The notes below the pieces were generated by a model. It saw only the letters and a list, made by a program, of their open reading frames with translations, had not been told where the DNA came from and did not search any database. DNA of 34,126 nt, from IMG/VR virus record IMGVR_UViG_3300038334_000149, positions 1 to 34,126 of that record; one strand, written 5' to 3'. Position numbers and translations under genes: made by a program. The DNA comes from a virus. Taxonomy: Duplodnaviria; Caudoviricetes. Positions 18,711 through 27,244 of this stretch are shown piece after piece (within the stretch, counting starts at the first letter, position 1; every line of letters begins with the position of its first letter).

Positions 18711-18854
18711 TCAGCTTATTCGTATAGTTTGCTGTTTCAATTGCTCAATCTTTATCTGGGTCATATCCTGATACTTCCATAGTCCTTTTGCAATGTTACA
18801 CGACATTAGATGACCTAAGAATTCCTTCAGTATATTATCTTTGATTTCTTTCAT
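18711..18854 (-). CDS. Possible 47-aa leader ORF of the cassette (MKEIKDNILKEF...)
   Basis: Read manually; ATG at 18854 preceded by GAGGCGG; no recognisable motif. Confidence 0.3.
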   Translation of the reverse strand: MKEIKDNILKEFLGHLMSCNIAKGLWKYQDMTQIKIEQLKQQTIRIS

Positions 18855-18926
18855 TAGCCGCCTCTGGATGGAAACTCTTTGAATAATTCACCTATCTGCA
18901 CAAACACTATCTGTCAATAACAATAT

Positions 18927-18960
18927 CTGTGGCATCCTTATGCATCCTGTTTTGTCAGAT
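18927..18960 (+). promoter_or_regulatory. Putative activator-dependent late promoter motif, copy 2
   Basis: GCATCCT tandem repeats 10 bp apart, similar to 6067-6100, upstream of the endolysin/structural operon. Confidence 0.55.
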
Positions 18961-19008
18961 TATTGGTGAGTGGTTTTATAGCTCCAGATTAAGATTAATG
19001 GAGCAAAC

Positions 19009-19431
19009 ATGGAACAGAGCCTAATGCAGAAGGTCAAAGAGCAGCTACTCAGACACGAGGGATTGAAACTCAAACCTTATCGCTGTCCTGCCGGAAAGCT
19101 GACAATCGGTGTTGGTCGTAATCTCGAAGAATGTGGTATCTCTCAGAAAGAAGCTTTTGTCCTAATGGAGAACGATATTCTGCACTGCGAGAGCGAACTG
19201 CTGGGTCATATTCCAATTGCTTATTCCGGACTTAACGAGACCCGCAAATCTGTGCTCCTGAACATGTGCTTCAACCTTGGGATATCCGGACTACTAGAAT
19301 TCAAGAACACCCTGGCTTTTATTGGTGCCGGAGACTTCGAGAGAGCAGCCAATAACATGCTGGCTTCCCGGTGGGCAAAGCAGGTCGGTCGCAGAGCCAT
19401 TGAACTGTCAGAGATGATGAGGAAAGGCTAA
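19009..19431 (+). CDS. Endolysin, T4-lysozyme-like glycoside hydrolase (GH24)
   Basis: RHEGLKLKPYRCPAGKLTIGVGRNL, NMCFNLG, SRWAKQVGRRA. Confidence 0.9.
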   Translation: MEQSLMQKVKEQLLRHEGLKLKPYRCPAGKLTIGVGRNLEECGISQKEAFVLMENDILHCESELLGHIPIAYSGLNETRKSVLLNMCFNLGISGLLEFKNTLAFIGAGDFERAANNMLASRWAKQVGRRAIELSEMMRKG

Positions 19432-19892
19432 TGCCGGCTGCTCTGCCTGTTACTATCCTGGAAATGCTTTCAGTTTTGAACCTGCCGGCAGAGATGGAAG
19501 GCAACACCATTTTCAAAGAACATCGGGGTTTAGTCATGGAAACGATCAAGGGCTTAGTTTTAGATAACTATTACCAGTCGGCTCTTGACCCCAGTTTAAG
19601 TGATGATGATCCTCGGTATATCGCTTTTCGTATTGCCTATTGCTTCCTGATGCTGCATTCCACCTGTGAGTTCCTCAATTTAAAGACCCTGGGCGAGGGA
19701 ATCGTTAAGACAGTAGGATTAGACCAATCAGCTACCGAACTGCTCACAGGTGCGGAAATCGATGCCTTTAAATCAAAACTTGAGTTAAGGGCTCTGACTG
19801 TCCTGTCTGCCTATCTGAACGATGCCGGAAAAGAAAGGCTGAGTATTATAGTGCCAAGGCAACCCCGGGTAATAAGGGTCGGAGTCATCTGA
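19431..19892 (+). CDS. Putative head-tail connector/virion protein
   Basis: Size and position in a coupled structural operon only. Confidence 0.4.
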   Translation: MPAALPVTILEMLSVLNLPAEMEGNTIFKEHRGLVMETIKGLVLDNYYQSALDPSLSDDDPRYIAFRIAYCFLMLHSTCEFLNLKTLGEGIVKTVGLDQSATELLTGAEIDAFKSKLELRALTVLSAYLNDAGKERLSIIVPRQPRVIRVGVI

Positions 19893-20383
19893 TGGCAGAC
19901 CGAGTGTTTGAGTCACCGGATGAGCTGATGGTCGAGATCTACCGGGCTATTTATACTGCTCTGGAAAGCAGACTACATCTAATCGGTTCTGTGATCGATG
20001 CCGATTCCCGCAAGGAGATATTAGCACAGCAGATTTACGATAAGGGTGACTTCTATGGCAATACCGGTTATCTGGTTGAGACCCAACCTTCCGGCATGAC
20101 CCTCAGAGTCGGTTCCAATGTCAAACACGAACCTTTTGTTTTGGGCGGTAAGGTGCCTTCCTGGACTCCCATAGCCCCGTTAATTAGTTGGGTCGAACGC
20201 AAGCACCTGTCCTGGACTGATAAGGCAACAGGTAAGCTGCTGACCGTCGCTGAGATCGCATATCTCATCCGGGGCAAGATCAAAAGGGAAGGCATAGCTG
20301 CCCGTAATGTCTTTGCGGAAGTATTGGCAAATAGAGAGCAGTGGATTTACCAGCAGTTGAGCTCAATCGAGGTCAGTCTATGA
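19892..20383 (+). CDS. Putative neck protein (HK97 gp10-like)
   Basis: YDKGDF, RVGSNVKHEPFV, IKREGIAARNVF resemble the gp10-like pattern. Confidence 0.55.
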   Translation: MADRVFESPDELMVEIYRAIYTALESRLHLIGSVIDADSRKEILAQQIYDKGDFYGNTGYLVETQPSGMTLRVGSNVKHEPFVLGGKVPSWTPIAPLISWVERKHLSWTDKATGKLLTVAEIAYLIRGKIKREGIAARNVFAEVLANREQWIYQQLSSIEVSL

Positions 20384-20778
20384 TTAACCTTGAGAGATTC
20401 AAAAAGCAAAGGGACATCATCGTCCACTCCCTGCAACCTTGTATCCAAACCATCCTGTTCAATAAGGACAGTATCCCCAAGACCCTGCCTTGCGCTATTG
20501 TCATCCTGGATACCGAGGATGGCATCAAAGGAACCTCCAGACAGTTTACAAGTACTGACATAGCCTGGACTGTCTATTTGATCGTCAATGCCCAGAACGT
20601 GGAAGATCCTGATCTTGCCATATATGCTCTCAAAGAGAAGTTCAGGGAAACTTATCTGAACTTAGCTAACCGGGACATACCCCATATTGAGTATTATACA
20701 AGTCGAATAGACGGCACCCGATTAGTCAGGATCGCCAAACTCGACCTGCTGAAGAGTGGCTCAGGAGCAGCATCATGA
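20380..20778 (+). CDS. Putative tail completion/terminator protein
   Basis: LPCAIVI motif, size, ATGA coupling to the neck gene. Confidence 0.45.
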   Translation: MINLERFKKQRDIIVHSLQPCIQTILFNKDSIPKTLPCAIVILDTEDGIKGTSRQFTSTDIAWTVYLIVNAQNVEDPDLAIYALKEKFRETYLNLANRDIPHIEYYTSRIDGTRLVRIAKLDLLKSGSGAAS

Positions 20779-21974
20779 AAGTAATGCGCCTGGGTAATCA
20801 CAACGTCGGCATCAGTTCTGCCAGTGACTTACTGGAGAGCAAATACAAGCCGGAAGCTGTGGACTTAGCTGTAATGAAACGGGTCGGCAAGCGGCTCATC
20901 TCCAAAGAAGCAGAAAGCAAGAAGGTCGTTTCGCAGCCCTACTCTATGAGTAAGCTGCTGGCTCTCTTGGATACCGATGAGTACCATTCCGGCTGTGTGG
21001 ATGCCATTACGATGGCAACGGTCATGCAGTTCGAGTGCAAGAACTCCAATGTCACCAAGTGGATGGAGACTGCCGAGTTCCCTGCCTGTGAAGACCAGAC
21101 CACTATCTTAGGCGAACTGATTAAATTCTATATCGCCTGTGGGAATGGCTTCCTGATCAAGATGCGCAACGCCCAGGGACAGTGGATGGGGCTGGAGAGG
21201 ATGTTACCTACTGAAGTGCAGATAGTTGAGAACTATGACGAGTTCGGCTTCTTCAGACCCAACTTTATCCAGACCAAGAACAACCAGAAGCAGGACTTTG
21301 CCTATGCTGATATCATCCACATCAAGAAGAGCACTCACAAGTCCAATGCCTGGGGTCTGTCCTGCCTGCCCATTGCTATCAATGTGGAGATACTCTCCGA
21401 GATTAAGACCTTCGACTATAACAACTTCCAAAACGGTCTGATGATCGATTACTTCGTCATTGTCGAAGGTGGAACCCTTAGAGACGGAACTGTTACAGAT
21501 GAACAAGGCAACGAAGTCATGACTGATGCCTATACTGAGATTGAGAAAGCCTTAATCGATGTCAAAGGCAATGCCAAGTCCCACTCCACAGTCCTGATCG
21601 AGAGCGAAAGCAAGGATGTCCACATCCGGCTCGAACCTCTACGGCAACAGGACAGGGAAGGTGGTTTTCTTTCTCTCAAGAAAGATCTTCGGGAAGGCAT
21701 ATTTGCTTATCACCGGGTTCCTGCCCGAGTCGTATCTCAGCTTATCCCAGGGCAGTTAGGTGGTGATAACAAAAGCGATATGCTGATGTTTTACCACTTC
21801 GTAATCAAACCCCTGCAGGAACGCTTAGCCTTAACCTTAGCCATCGAGTTCAATTATGAGTTCAACTGGAATGTAACTCCGGCTGACTTCAACTTCGGTA
21901 ACCTGACAGAAGCTCTGCAATCTGCCGATGAGCAGCTCTTTATGCAGAACCGCAACTTTTCCAATAAACCATAA
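20775..21974 (+). CDS. Portal protein (PBSX/HK97-like)
   Basis: CGNGFL, DIIHIK, WGLS, AYHRVP, FVIKPLQERL portal motifs; 399 aa. Confidence 0.85.
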   Translation: MKVMRLGNHNVGISSASDLLESKYKPEAVDLAVMKRVGKRLISKEAESKKVVSQPYSMSKLLALLDTDEYHSGCVDAITMATVMQFECKNSNVTKWMETAEFPACEDQTTILGELIKFYIACGNGFLIKMRNAQGQWMGLERMLPTEVQIVENYDEFGFFRPNFIQTKNNQKQDFAYADIIHIKKSTHKSNAWGLSCLPIAINVEILSEIKTFDYNNFQNGLMIDYFVIVEGGTLRDGTVTDEQGNEVMTDAYTEIEKALIDVKGNAKSHSTVLIESESKDVHIRLEPLRQQDREGGFLSLKKDLREGIFAYHRVPARVVSQLIPGQLGGDNKSDMLMFYHFVIKPLQERLALTLAIEFNYEFNWNVTPADFNFGNLTEALQSADEQLFMQNRNFSNKP

Positions 21975-21997
21975 CAATAACCATACCAGGAGGTAAA

Positions 21998-23743
21998 GTG
22001 TACCCATTTAGCAAAAACCGAAAGCTCGTCCAAAAGGGCGAACTGCGTAACGTGGAAGTGGAACTGGTCTCCCTGCTGTTTGATGAGATGACCCCAGCCA
22101 ATCAAAAAGGCTTTGTCATCAAATCAGCCCAGGGCAAGAGCTATGAACCCAAGACCCACTCCATCAAGTTCAAAAGTGAAAAGACCGGTACCCAGGGTCG
22201 GCTGTATGTCACCCTCATGGAGCCGGATGTCAAAGACAGCCAGGGTGACTTCTATTCCAAGGATGAGATCCAGAAGTCCTGCGACCACTTCGCCAAGCAT
22301 GGTCTGGTCGGTAAGAACGATGTTAATCATAACCTGCAGACCGTTCCCGAGTTTGTCGTGGTGGAGAACTACATCCTCAAGACTGCCGACAAGGAGCATT
22401 TCCCGGACACCAATATTGGAGCTTGGGTGCAAGTCCTTAAGTGCGAAGACCTCAGCTCTGATCTCTGGCAGAAAGTCGAGAAAGGTCAGTTCCATGGTGT
22501 CTCCATCTATGGCAAAGCCGATGATTACGGCGATACCAAAGCAGTCCTGGATGAGATCAAGACTGAACTCAACTCTCTCAAGAAAGTAGCCGAACACCAA
22601 AACAACACCGAATTGCAGAAAGGCATTACTGCTATCTCAGAGCGTATCTCTGACCTTGAGAAAGGTAGTGGGCCGGGTAATATCATGGTCTCGGATGCCA
22701 TCCGCAGTATCGAGAAGAGCCTGAAAGACCTCTCAGTTACCATGAGTAAAGCCATCTCCAAGTCCATCAAAGGTGAACCGGATGAGAACCAAGCTAACAT
22801 GGACAAGGAAGTCCTGATCGATGGTAACAAGGTCATAGTCAAAGCCTCCCACCGGGAAATCTACAAAGGCATAGCTGATGTCGATTCCGGCAAAGCCATG
22901 AACATCCTGACTGCCAATACAACCAGTCTGTTTATCGATGAAGTAGTGGGAAGTCAACCGGGTGACACCCTATCCGATATCTCGGTCATTCCGCTCCTCA
23001 AAGACGAGAAGATCGATATCGGGCTGATCGATGACCTGGTGTTCAAGAACTCCATAGATGGCGCTTTGACAGCTCAGAACGTAGCCACTGCCGACCTGTC
23101 AGTTCCTACCGGCATCCTCAATGCCGAGTTTACCTTAGGCAGGGATGTGGTCGAGTTCTATAAGGACAAGTATGGTGAACAAGCCTTTGGTGCCTATGTG
23201 GAACAGCATATCGCCAAGAAGACCGAGAAAGCCATGCGTCTGCTCCTGTTCAAAGGTGACAGGACTAGTGGCACTGACAAGCTGAAAGCTCTCAACGGCA
23301 TCATCAAACTCGCCACCACCGGCACCGACGTGACCGACATCGACTCCTCAGCCCATGTCACCTATGCAGAACGCTTCGAAGCTGCTCTGCTGGCTTTCAG
23401 TGATGAGATTCTGGAAGAGCAGGAGAACTTCAAGTTCTATGTCAGTCAGAAAGACCTCATCCGCATCCGGAGTGAACTGTCCAAACGTGAGACTGTCGCT
23501 GGTGACAGACTGCTGTTAGAAGGTGGTAATGTCTCCTTTGCCGGTATTCCCGTCAAAGCCAGACTGATGCCCGATGACTACATCGTAGGCGGCATCACCA
23601 AGTTCATCATCATTGGTTACCGTACCGATGCCGAACTCAAAGTGGAACACCATGGCTCGGACTGGAAGTACCACTGGTACATCCGCATCCGTCCCGGCAT
23701 CACTTACATCCCCAACTTCATCAAAATCTTCCATGTCGTATAA
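21998..23743 (+). CDS. XkdF-like prohead serine protease / coiled-coil / major capsid fusion
   Basis: EVELVSL, EPDVKDSQGD, DVNHN, VENYI, GQFHGVSIYG protease part; central coiled coil; LLFKGD..LNGIIK capsid part. GTG start with GGAGG RBS. Confidence 0.8.
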   Translation: MYPFSKNRKLVQKGELRNVEVELVSLLFDEMTPANQKGFVIKSAQGKSYEPKTHSIKFKSEKTGTQGRLYVTLMEPDVKDSQGDFYSKDEIQKSCDHFAKHGLVGKNDVNHNLQTVPEFVVVENYILKTADKEHFPDTNIGAWVQVLKCEDLSSDLWQKVEKGQFHGVSIYGKADDYGDTKAVLDEIKTELNSLKKVAEHQNNTELQKGITAISERISDLEKGSGPGNIMVSDAIRSIEKSLKDLSVTMSKAISKSIKGEPDENQANMDKEVLIDGNKVIVKASHREIYKGIADVDSGKAMNILTANTTSLFIDEVVGSQPGDTLSDISVIPLLKDEKIDIGLIDDLVFKNSIDGALTAQNVATADLSVPTGILNAEFTLGRDVVEFYKDKYGEQAFGAYVEQHIAKKTEKAMRLLLFKGDRTSGTDKLKALNGIIKLATTGTDVTDIDSSAHVTYAERFEAALLAFSDEILEEQENFKFYVSQKDLIRIRSELSKRETVAGDRLLLEGGNVSFAGIPVKARLMPDDYIVGGITKFIIIGYRTDAELKVEHHGSDWKYHWYIRIRPGITYIPNFIKIFHVV

Positions 23744-23753
23744 GGAGGCATTA

Positions 23754-24140
23754 ATGAAGATATACATCTTTATCGCAGTATTACTGGCGATGGTATTCAA
23801 CGTAGCCTTGAGCTTGTATGCTCAGTACACCCTACCGGTCGATACCCGCAAAATCGCCATCCAGATGAACAAAGGCTTCAGTTGCCTGACTTATAGCCCG
23901 GCTGCCGATACCCTCTGGAAAGCCATCGCTGTGCCCAGTGGTACGGTCGAGGTGGTGGTCATAGCAGCTACCGGTACGATCGGGCTCAGAGCCGATAATA
24001 GTAATACCAACAACCAATTTGCCACTCTCCCAGTGGGGGTCCCGGTCAAGATACCGGTCTATAGCCAACGCACCATCTATATCCGCAGGGCTGTAGCAGC
24101 CACCGCCAGCGTGGCGAACCTCATCTTTTACAAGTTGTAA
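23754..24140 (+). CDS. Hypothetical protein with signal-peptide-like N-terminus
   Basis: AAGGAGG RBS; MKIYIFIAVLLAMVFNVALSLYA hydrophobic leader, beta-rich remainder. Confidence 0.6.
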   Translation: MKIYIFIAVLLAMVFNVALSLYAQYTLPVDTRKIAIQMNKGFSCLTYSPAADTLWKAIAVPSGTVEVVVIAATGTIGLRADNSNTNNQFATLPVGVPVKIPVYSQRTIYIRRAVAATASVANLIFYKL

Positions 24141-24183
24141 CCGTAATAACAACCATAACAAACCAAGTAGATAAGGAGTATCT

Positions 24184-24534
24184 ATGGACTTTATCATTCA
24201 AAACCAAGAGTTCATCCTCGGACTCATAGCAACCTTACTGGTCTGGCTGATTGCCAAAGTAACCGGCAAGCTGTTGGATAAGACCAAGATCAATGCTGCT
24301 CTGGCTATCCTGCTGGACATCATCCAGGATATCAAGATCAACCCTGCCACCAAGGACCTGGATGACTATGCCAAGAAGCAACTGGCAGTGGAGCGGGCTA
24401 CCAAGACCTTGCCTGCCAAACAGACCAATCTCGTACTCAAGGTCTTTGGCACAGTTGGTGGCGCAGTCGAGTATGTCTTCCACAATCGCAAATGGCTGTT
24501 TTCACTCGGTAAGGCGATTAAGGGAGTGTTTTAA
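24184..24534 (+). CDS. Putative holin-like membrane protein
   Basis: One N-terminal TM segment followed by basic helical domain; AAGGAG RBS. Confidence 0.45.
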   Translation: MDFIIQNQEFILGLIATLLVWLIAKVTGKLLDKTKINAALAILLDIIQDIKINPATKDLDDYAKKQLAVERATKTLPAKQTNLVLKVFGTVGGAVEYVFHNRKWLFSLGKAIKGVF

Positions 24535-25080
24535 ATGCCACCTTCTCCCATCACCACTCCGACCTACCCAGCCGGGACCTTGCAGGCTGACTTTGACTTT
24601 GCTGCCCTTGTGGAAGGCATGGTTGCGGATAAGATATTCTTTGGCTTCGGTAAATATACCGCTGCCGAGGTAACCACAGCCTATGCCACTCAAGCTGCCC
24701 TGACTACCGAGACCACCACCAACATGGACAGTCTTGGTGAACTGGCAGAGAAACCCGGCAAGGCAGACTCCAAGGTCAACAAGCTGAAAAGCCGTAACTA
24801 CCTGATACCCGGCAAGCGTACCAACACCATTGAACTGACCATTATCGGTCTGCAGGTCAAGCAGAAGAACTACCTGGAGAGCAGAGCCTTTTCCGGTCGG
24901 GAAGTGACCATAACAGTCGTCTCCAATGAATTGGACAGGGCTGTGGTGTTCAATGGCATGCGTTGGGCTGTTGAATGGTCAGGTGAAGCTGACGGTATGT
25001 TCAGTGTCGTAATCAGCACCGAGTATTCCGGTGCCACCAAAGACCGCATCTTCCTGTTTAAGGATATTCCGGCTGTTTAA
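24535..25080 (+). CDS. Putative major tail (tube) protein
   Basis: Beta-rich 181 aa protein upstream of the tail chaperone; context only. Confidence 0.5.
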   Translation: MPPSPITTPTYPAGTLQADFDFAALVEGMVADKIFFGFGKYTAAEVTTAYATQAALTTETTTNMDSLGELAEKPGKADSKVNKLKSRNYLIPGKRTNTIELTIIGLQVKQKNYLESRAFSGREVTITVVSNELDRAVVFNGMRWAVEWSGEADGMFSVVISTEYSGATKDRIFLFKDIPAV

Positions 25081-25106
25081 TGCCTATATGAATATCAACA
25101 GAATTG

Positions 25107-25159
25107 CAAATGAGACATGTAACGACCGTTTGCACTTATGCCATCAAATGTCTCATTTG
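25107..25159. repeat. 12-bp perfect inverted repeat between convergent genes
   Basis: CAAATGAGACAT (25107-25118) / ATGTCTCATTTG (25148-25159), 29-nt loop. Confidence 0.7.
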
Positions 25160-25668
25160 TTAGTCTGTTGTTTTGATAACCTGTATTCATGATAATGCTG
25201 TATGAAATCTTCTGGAAATTTGACTTTAAAGATAGTTCCACGTGAAGTATATACACTTATGTACCCTTTCTTCAGTATTTGTTTAGATTCATCAGGAGTA
25301 ACAGATTGGTTATTGTCAATAAAGGCATCAAATGCTATCATGTGTAAGTAACAATTTACTCTAAAGCCTGGTGGATTTGGTGTTTTATCATCCGGTAAAG
25401 GCATTAAAAACTGCTGAGGCATTGGCATTATGATCTTATCATTAAGGTGAAAGTACATATGGCTGAGTCTATAATCAACCGATCCCTTGTTGGTAATGGT
25501 TATATTAACATGGCGTTCATTGCTGCCTGCTGTTAATGTAGAACTTATGTATATTTTTGCTATTTCTCTTCTCGAGAAGACTGCAAACCAAAGTGAAATT
25601 GCAACAGAACCAACTGTGCCTAATGCAACTAACATATTAACAATAAGGTTAGCTAACTGGTAGTCCAT
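25153..25668 (-). CDS. Antisense moron, N-terminally membrane-anchored hypothetical protein
   Basis: AT-rich, GGAGG RBS, TM segment VNMLVALGTVGSVAISLWFAV. Confidence 0.75.
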   Translation of the reverse strand: MDYQLANLIVNMLVALGTVGSVAISLWFAVFSRREIAKIYISSTLTAGSNERHVNITITNKGSVDYRLSHMYFHLNDKIIMPMPQQFLMPLPDDKTPNPPGFRVNCYLHMIAFDAFIDNNQSVTPDESKQILKKGYISVYTSRGTIFKVKFPEDFIQHYHEYRLSKQQTNK

Positions 25669-25787
25669 AACTACCTCCTATCTATAGTTGAGTACATCAT
25701 TATGAAAATTTCAAAAAGGGTTAGTAAAACAAAAAGTCAAAACGACAAAATTCTCGATGCTCAAATTGAGTCAAGAAAGGAATTAAC

Positions 25788-25994
25788 ATGAGCGATTGCC
25801 AATGTAAACCTGAAATCAAAGACAAACTCGATAGCGTTCATGAAGAAATCTATGGCAACGGCAATAGCAACAAATCACTTGTAACCAGAATGGCAAGGGT
25901 GGAGACGAACATGAAAATCCTCTTGGGCGTCTCCACCACCCAATTCTTTATGCTCGTGGGCGTAGCTATCAAGATGTTCTTCAGTCCCAATTAA
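25788..25994 (+). CDS. Small protein with C-terminal TM helix (possible lysis accessory)
   Basis: AAGGA RBS; IYGNG..SLVTRMARVE then hydrophobic tail. Confidence 0.55.
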   Translation: MSDCQCKPEIKDKLDSVHEEIYGNGNSNKSLVTRMARVETNMKILLGVSTTQFFMLVGVAIKMFFSPN

Positions 25995-26022
25995 AGAAAA
26001 GATACCAAAACAAGGAATCACT

Positions 26023-26382
26023 ATGATTAAAGAACCTAAACTGACCTATAATCAACTCCGGCAGATCCTCTGTCTGGCTATCTCCAATAGCACCATCAAG
26101 GCAAAGTTAGAGGACTTACTGTCCGGTAAGCTGACCAAGGTCTCGGAAGTTGAACTGCTGGAGCTGATCTCCACCTCCGAAGCCGATAAAGAGCTAATCC
26201 GTATCCTCTCCGGACAAGACCCTGACAATATGGATGCAGTGGAAGCTCTGGAGTACATCTCCGCTTTTTTCGCCTATATCAGAGCCAGCAAAGAGAAGTG
26301 CAAAGACTGGCTCGGGAGTTTCGGCTTAGCAGTGACAAGCAATCCAAAGCCAACAGATACCCATTCGAGAAGTTCGAGATGA
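26023..26382 (+). CDS. Tail assembly chaperone (gpG-like)
   Basis: Between tail tube and tape measure; contains an in-phase slippery heptamer. Confidence 0.65.
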   Translation: MIKEPKLTYNQLRQILCLAISNSTIKAKLEDLLSGKLTKVSEVELLELISTSEADKELIRILSGQDPDNMDAVEALEYISAFFAYIRASKEKCKDWLGSFGLAVTSNPKPTDTHSRSSR

Positions 26383-26483
26383 TGATGCGAAAACTCGGAT
26401 TTAACAATGTAGACTTCAACACCCTGACTATGCCTGAGTTATATCTTCGGCTCTGTCTCAACGACCCCAAAGGAGACCTATAA
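26265..26483 (+). other. -1 ribosomal frameshift site T TTT TTC and gpT-like extension frame
   Basis: Heptamer 26265-26271 in X XXY YYZ phase; -1 frame is open to TAA 26483. Confidence 0.7.
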
Positions 26484-27244
26484 TGGATGCTTTAATTGGA
26501 TGGATCGGCGGTAAACGCCTGCTTCGTAAAACCATCGCTCAGTATGTCCCGGAAGGTATTACAGGCTATATTGAACCTTTCGGGGGAGCTGCCTGGATGC
26601 TCTTACTCAAAGACCGTTGGGCTGATCTGGAAGTGTATAACGACCTCGACTATCGCCTGGTTAATCTCTTCCTACAAGTCAAGTATCATCCCGATGAACT
26701 GATCAGGGAACTGGACTTTATGGTCGCCAGCAGAAAACTGTTTGGTGATATCATGAAACAGGAAGGCTTGACTGAGATACAAAGAGCAGCCCGTTTTATG
26801 TTCCTGATTACCCGGTCATTCGGCTCAAAAGGCGACAGCTTTGGCACCTCTCAGAAGCGGGGAACATCCAGCATGTATAACAGACTGGATCGCATCAAAG
26901 AACTGCATAAGCGTCTGGATATGGTTATCATCGAGAATCTGTCTTACGAGAAGGTCATAGAGAAGTATGACACTAAGTCCAACTTCTTTTATTGTGACCC
27001 TCCCTACATGACCGGCTATACCTATGAAAACTCCAAGCAGTTCAGTCACGAAGCTCTGTTTCAGAAGCTCAAGAACATCAAAGGCAAGTTTATCCTGAGC
27101 TATGATGATAATCCTGATGTTCTGAAGCTATACAAAGGCTATTCCACCAAGCATGTGACCAGAACCAAGGGTATAAACCGTAAGGAAGGCAAATCTGAGT
27201 ATAACGAAGTAATCATCGCCAACTTCCCCTTGGAGGACAAATGA
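26483..27244 (+). CDS. D12-class (Dam-like) N6-adenine DNA methyltransferase 1
   Basis: WIGGK, YIEPFGG, VYNDLD, FFYCDPPY, FILSYDD. Confidence 0.92.
   Translation: MDALIGWIGGKRLLRKTIAQYVPEGITGYIEPFGGAAWMLLLKDRWADLEVYNDLDYRLVNLFLQVKYHPDELIRELDFMVASRKLFGDIMKQEGLTEIQRAARFMFLITRSFGSKGDSFGTSQKRGTSSMYNRLDRIKELHKRLDMVIIENLSYEKVIEKYDTKSNFFYCDPPYMTGYTYENSKQFSHEALFQKLKNIKGKFILSYDDNPDVLKLYKGYSTKHVTRTKGINRKEGKSEYNEVIIANFPLEDK

Larger units (their letters stand above)
9319..18854 (-). other. Antisense AT-rich accessory defence cassette within the prophage
   Basis: Four large co-oriented genes opposite to phage genes, visibly more AT-rich, helicase/MTase coupled by a TAATG overlap at 15324. Confidence 0.85.

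Noticed and set aside
25095-25170. Integron attC site or intrinsic terminator
   Set aside because: R-box spacing does not fit attC, no integron integrase, long loop and no clear U-tract.
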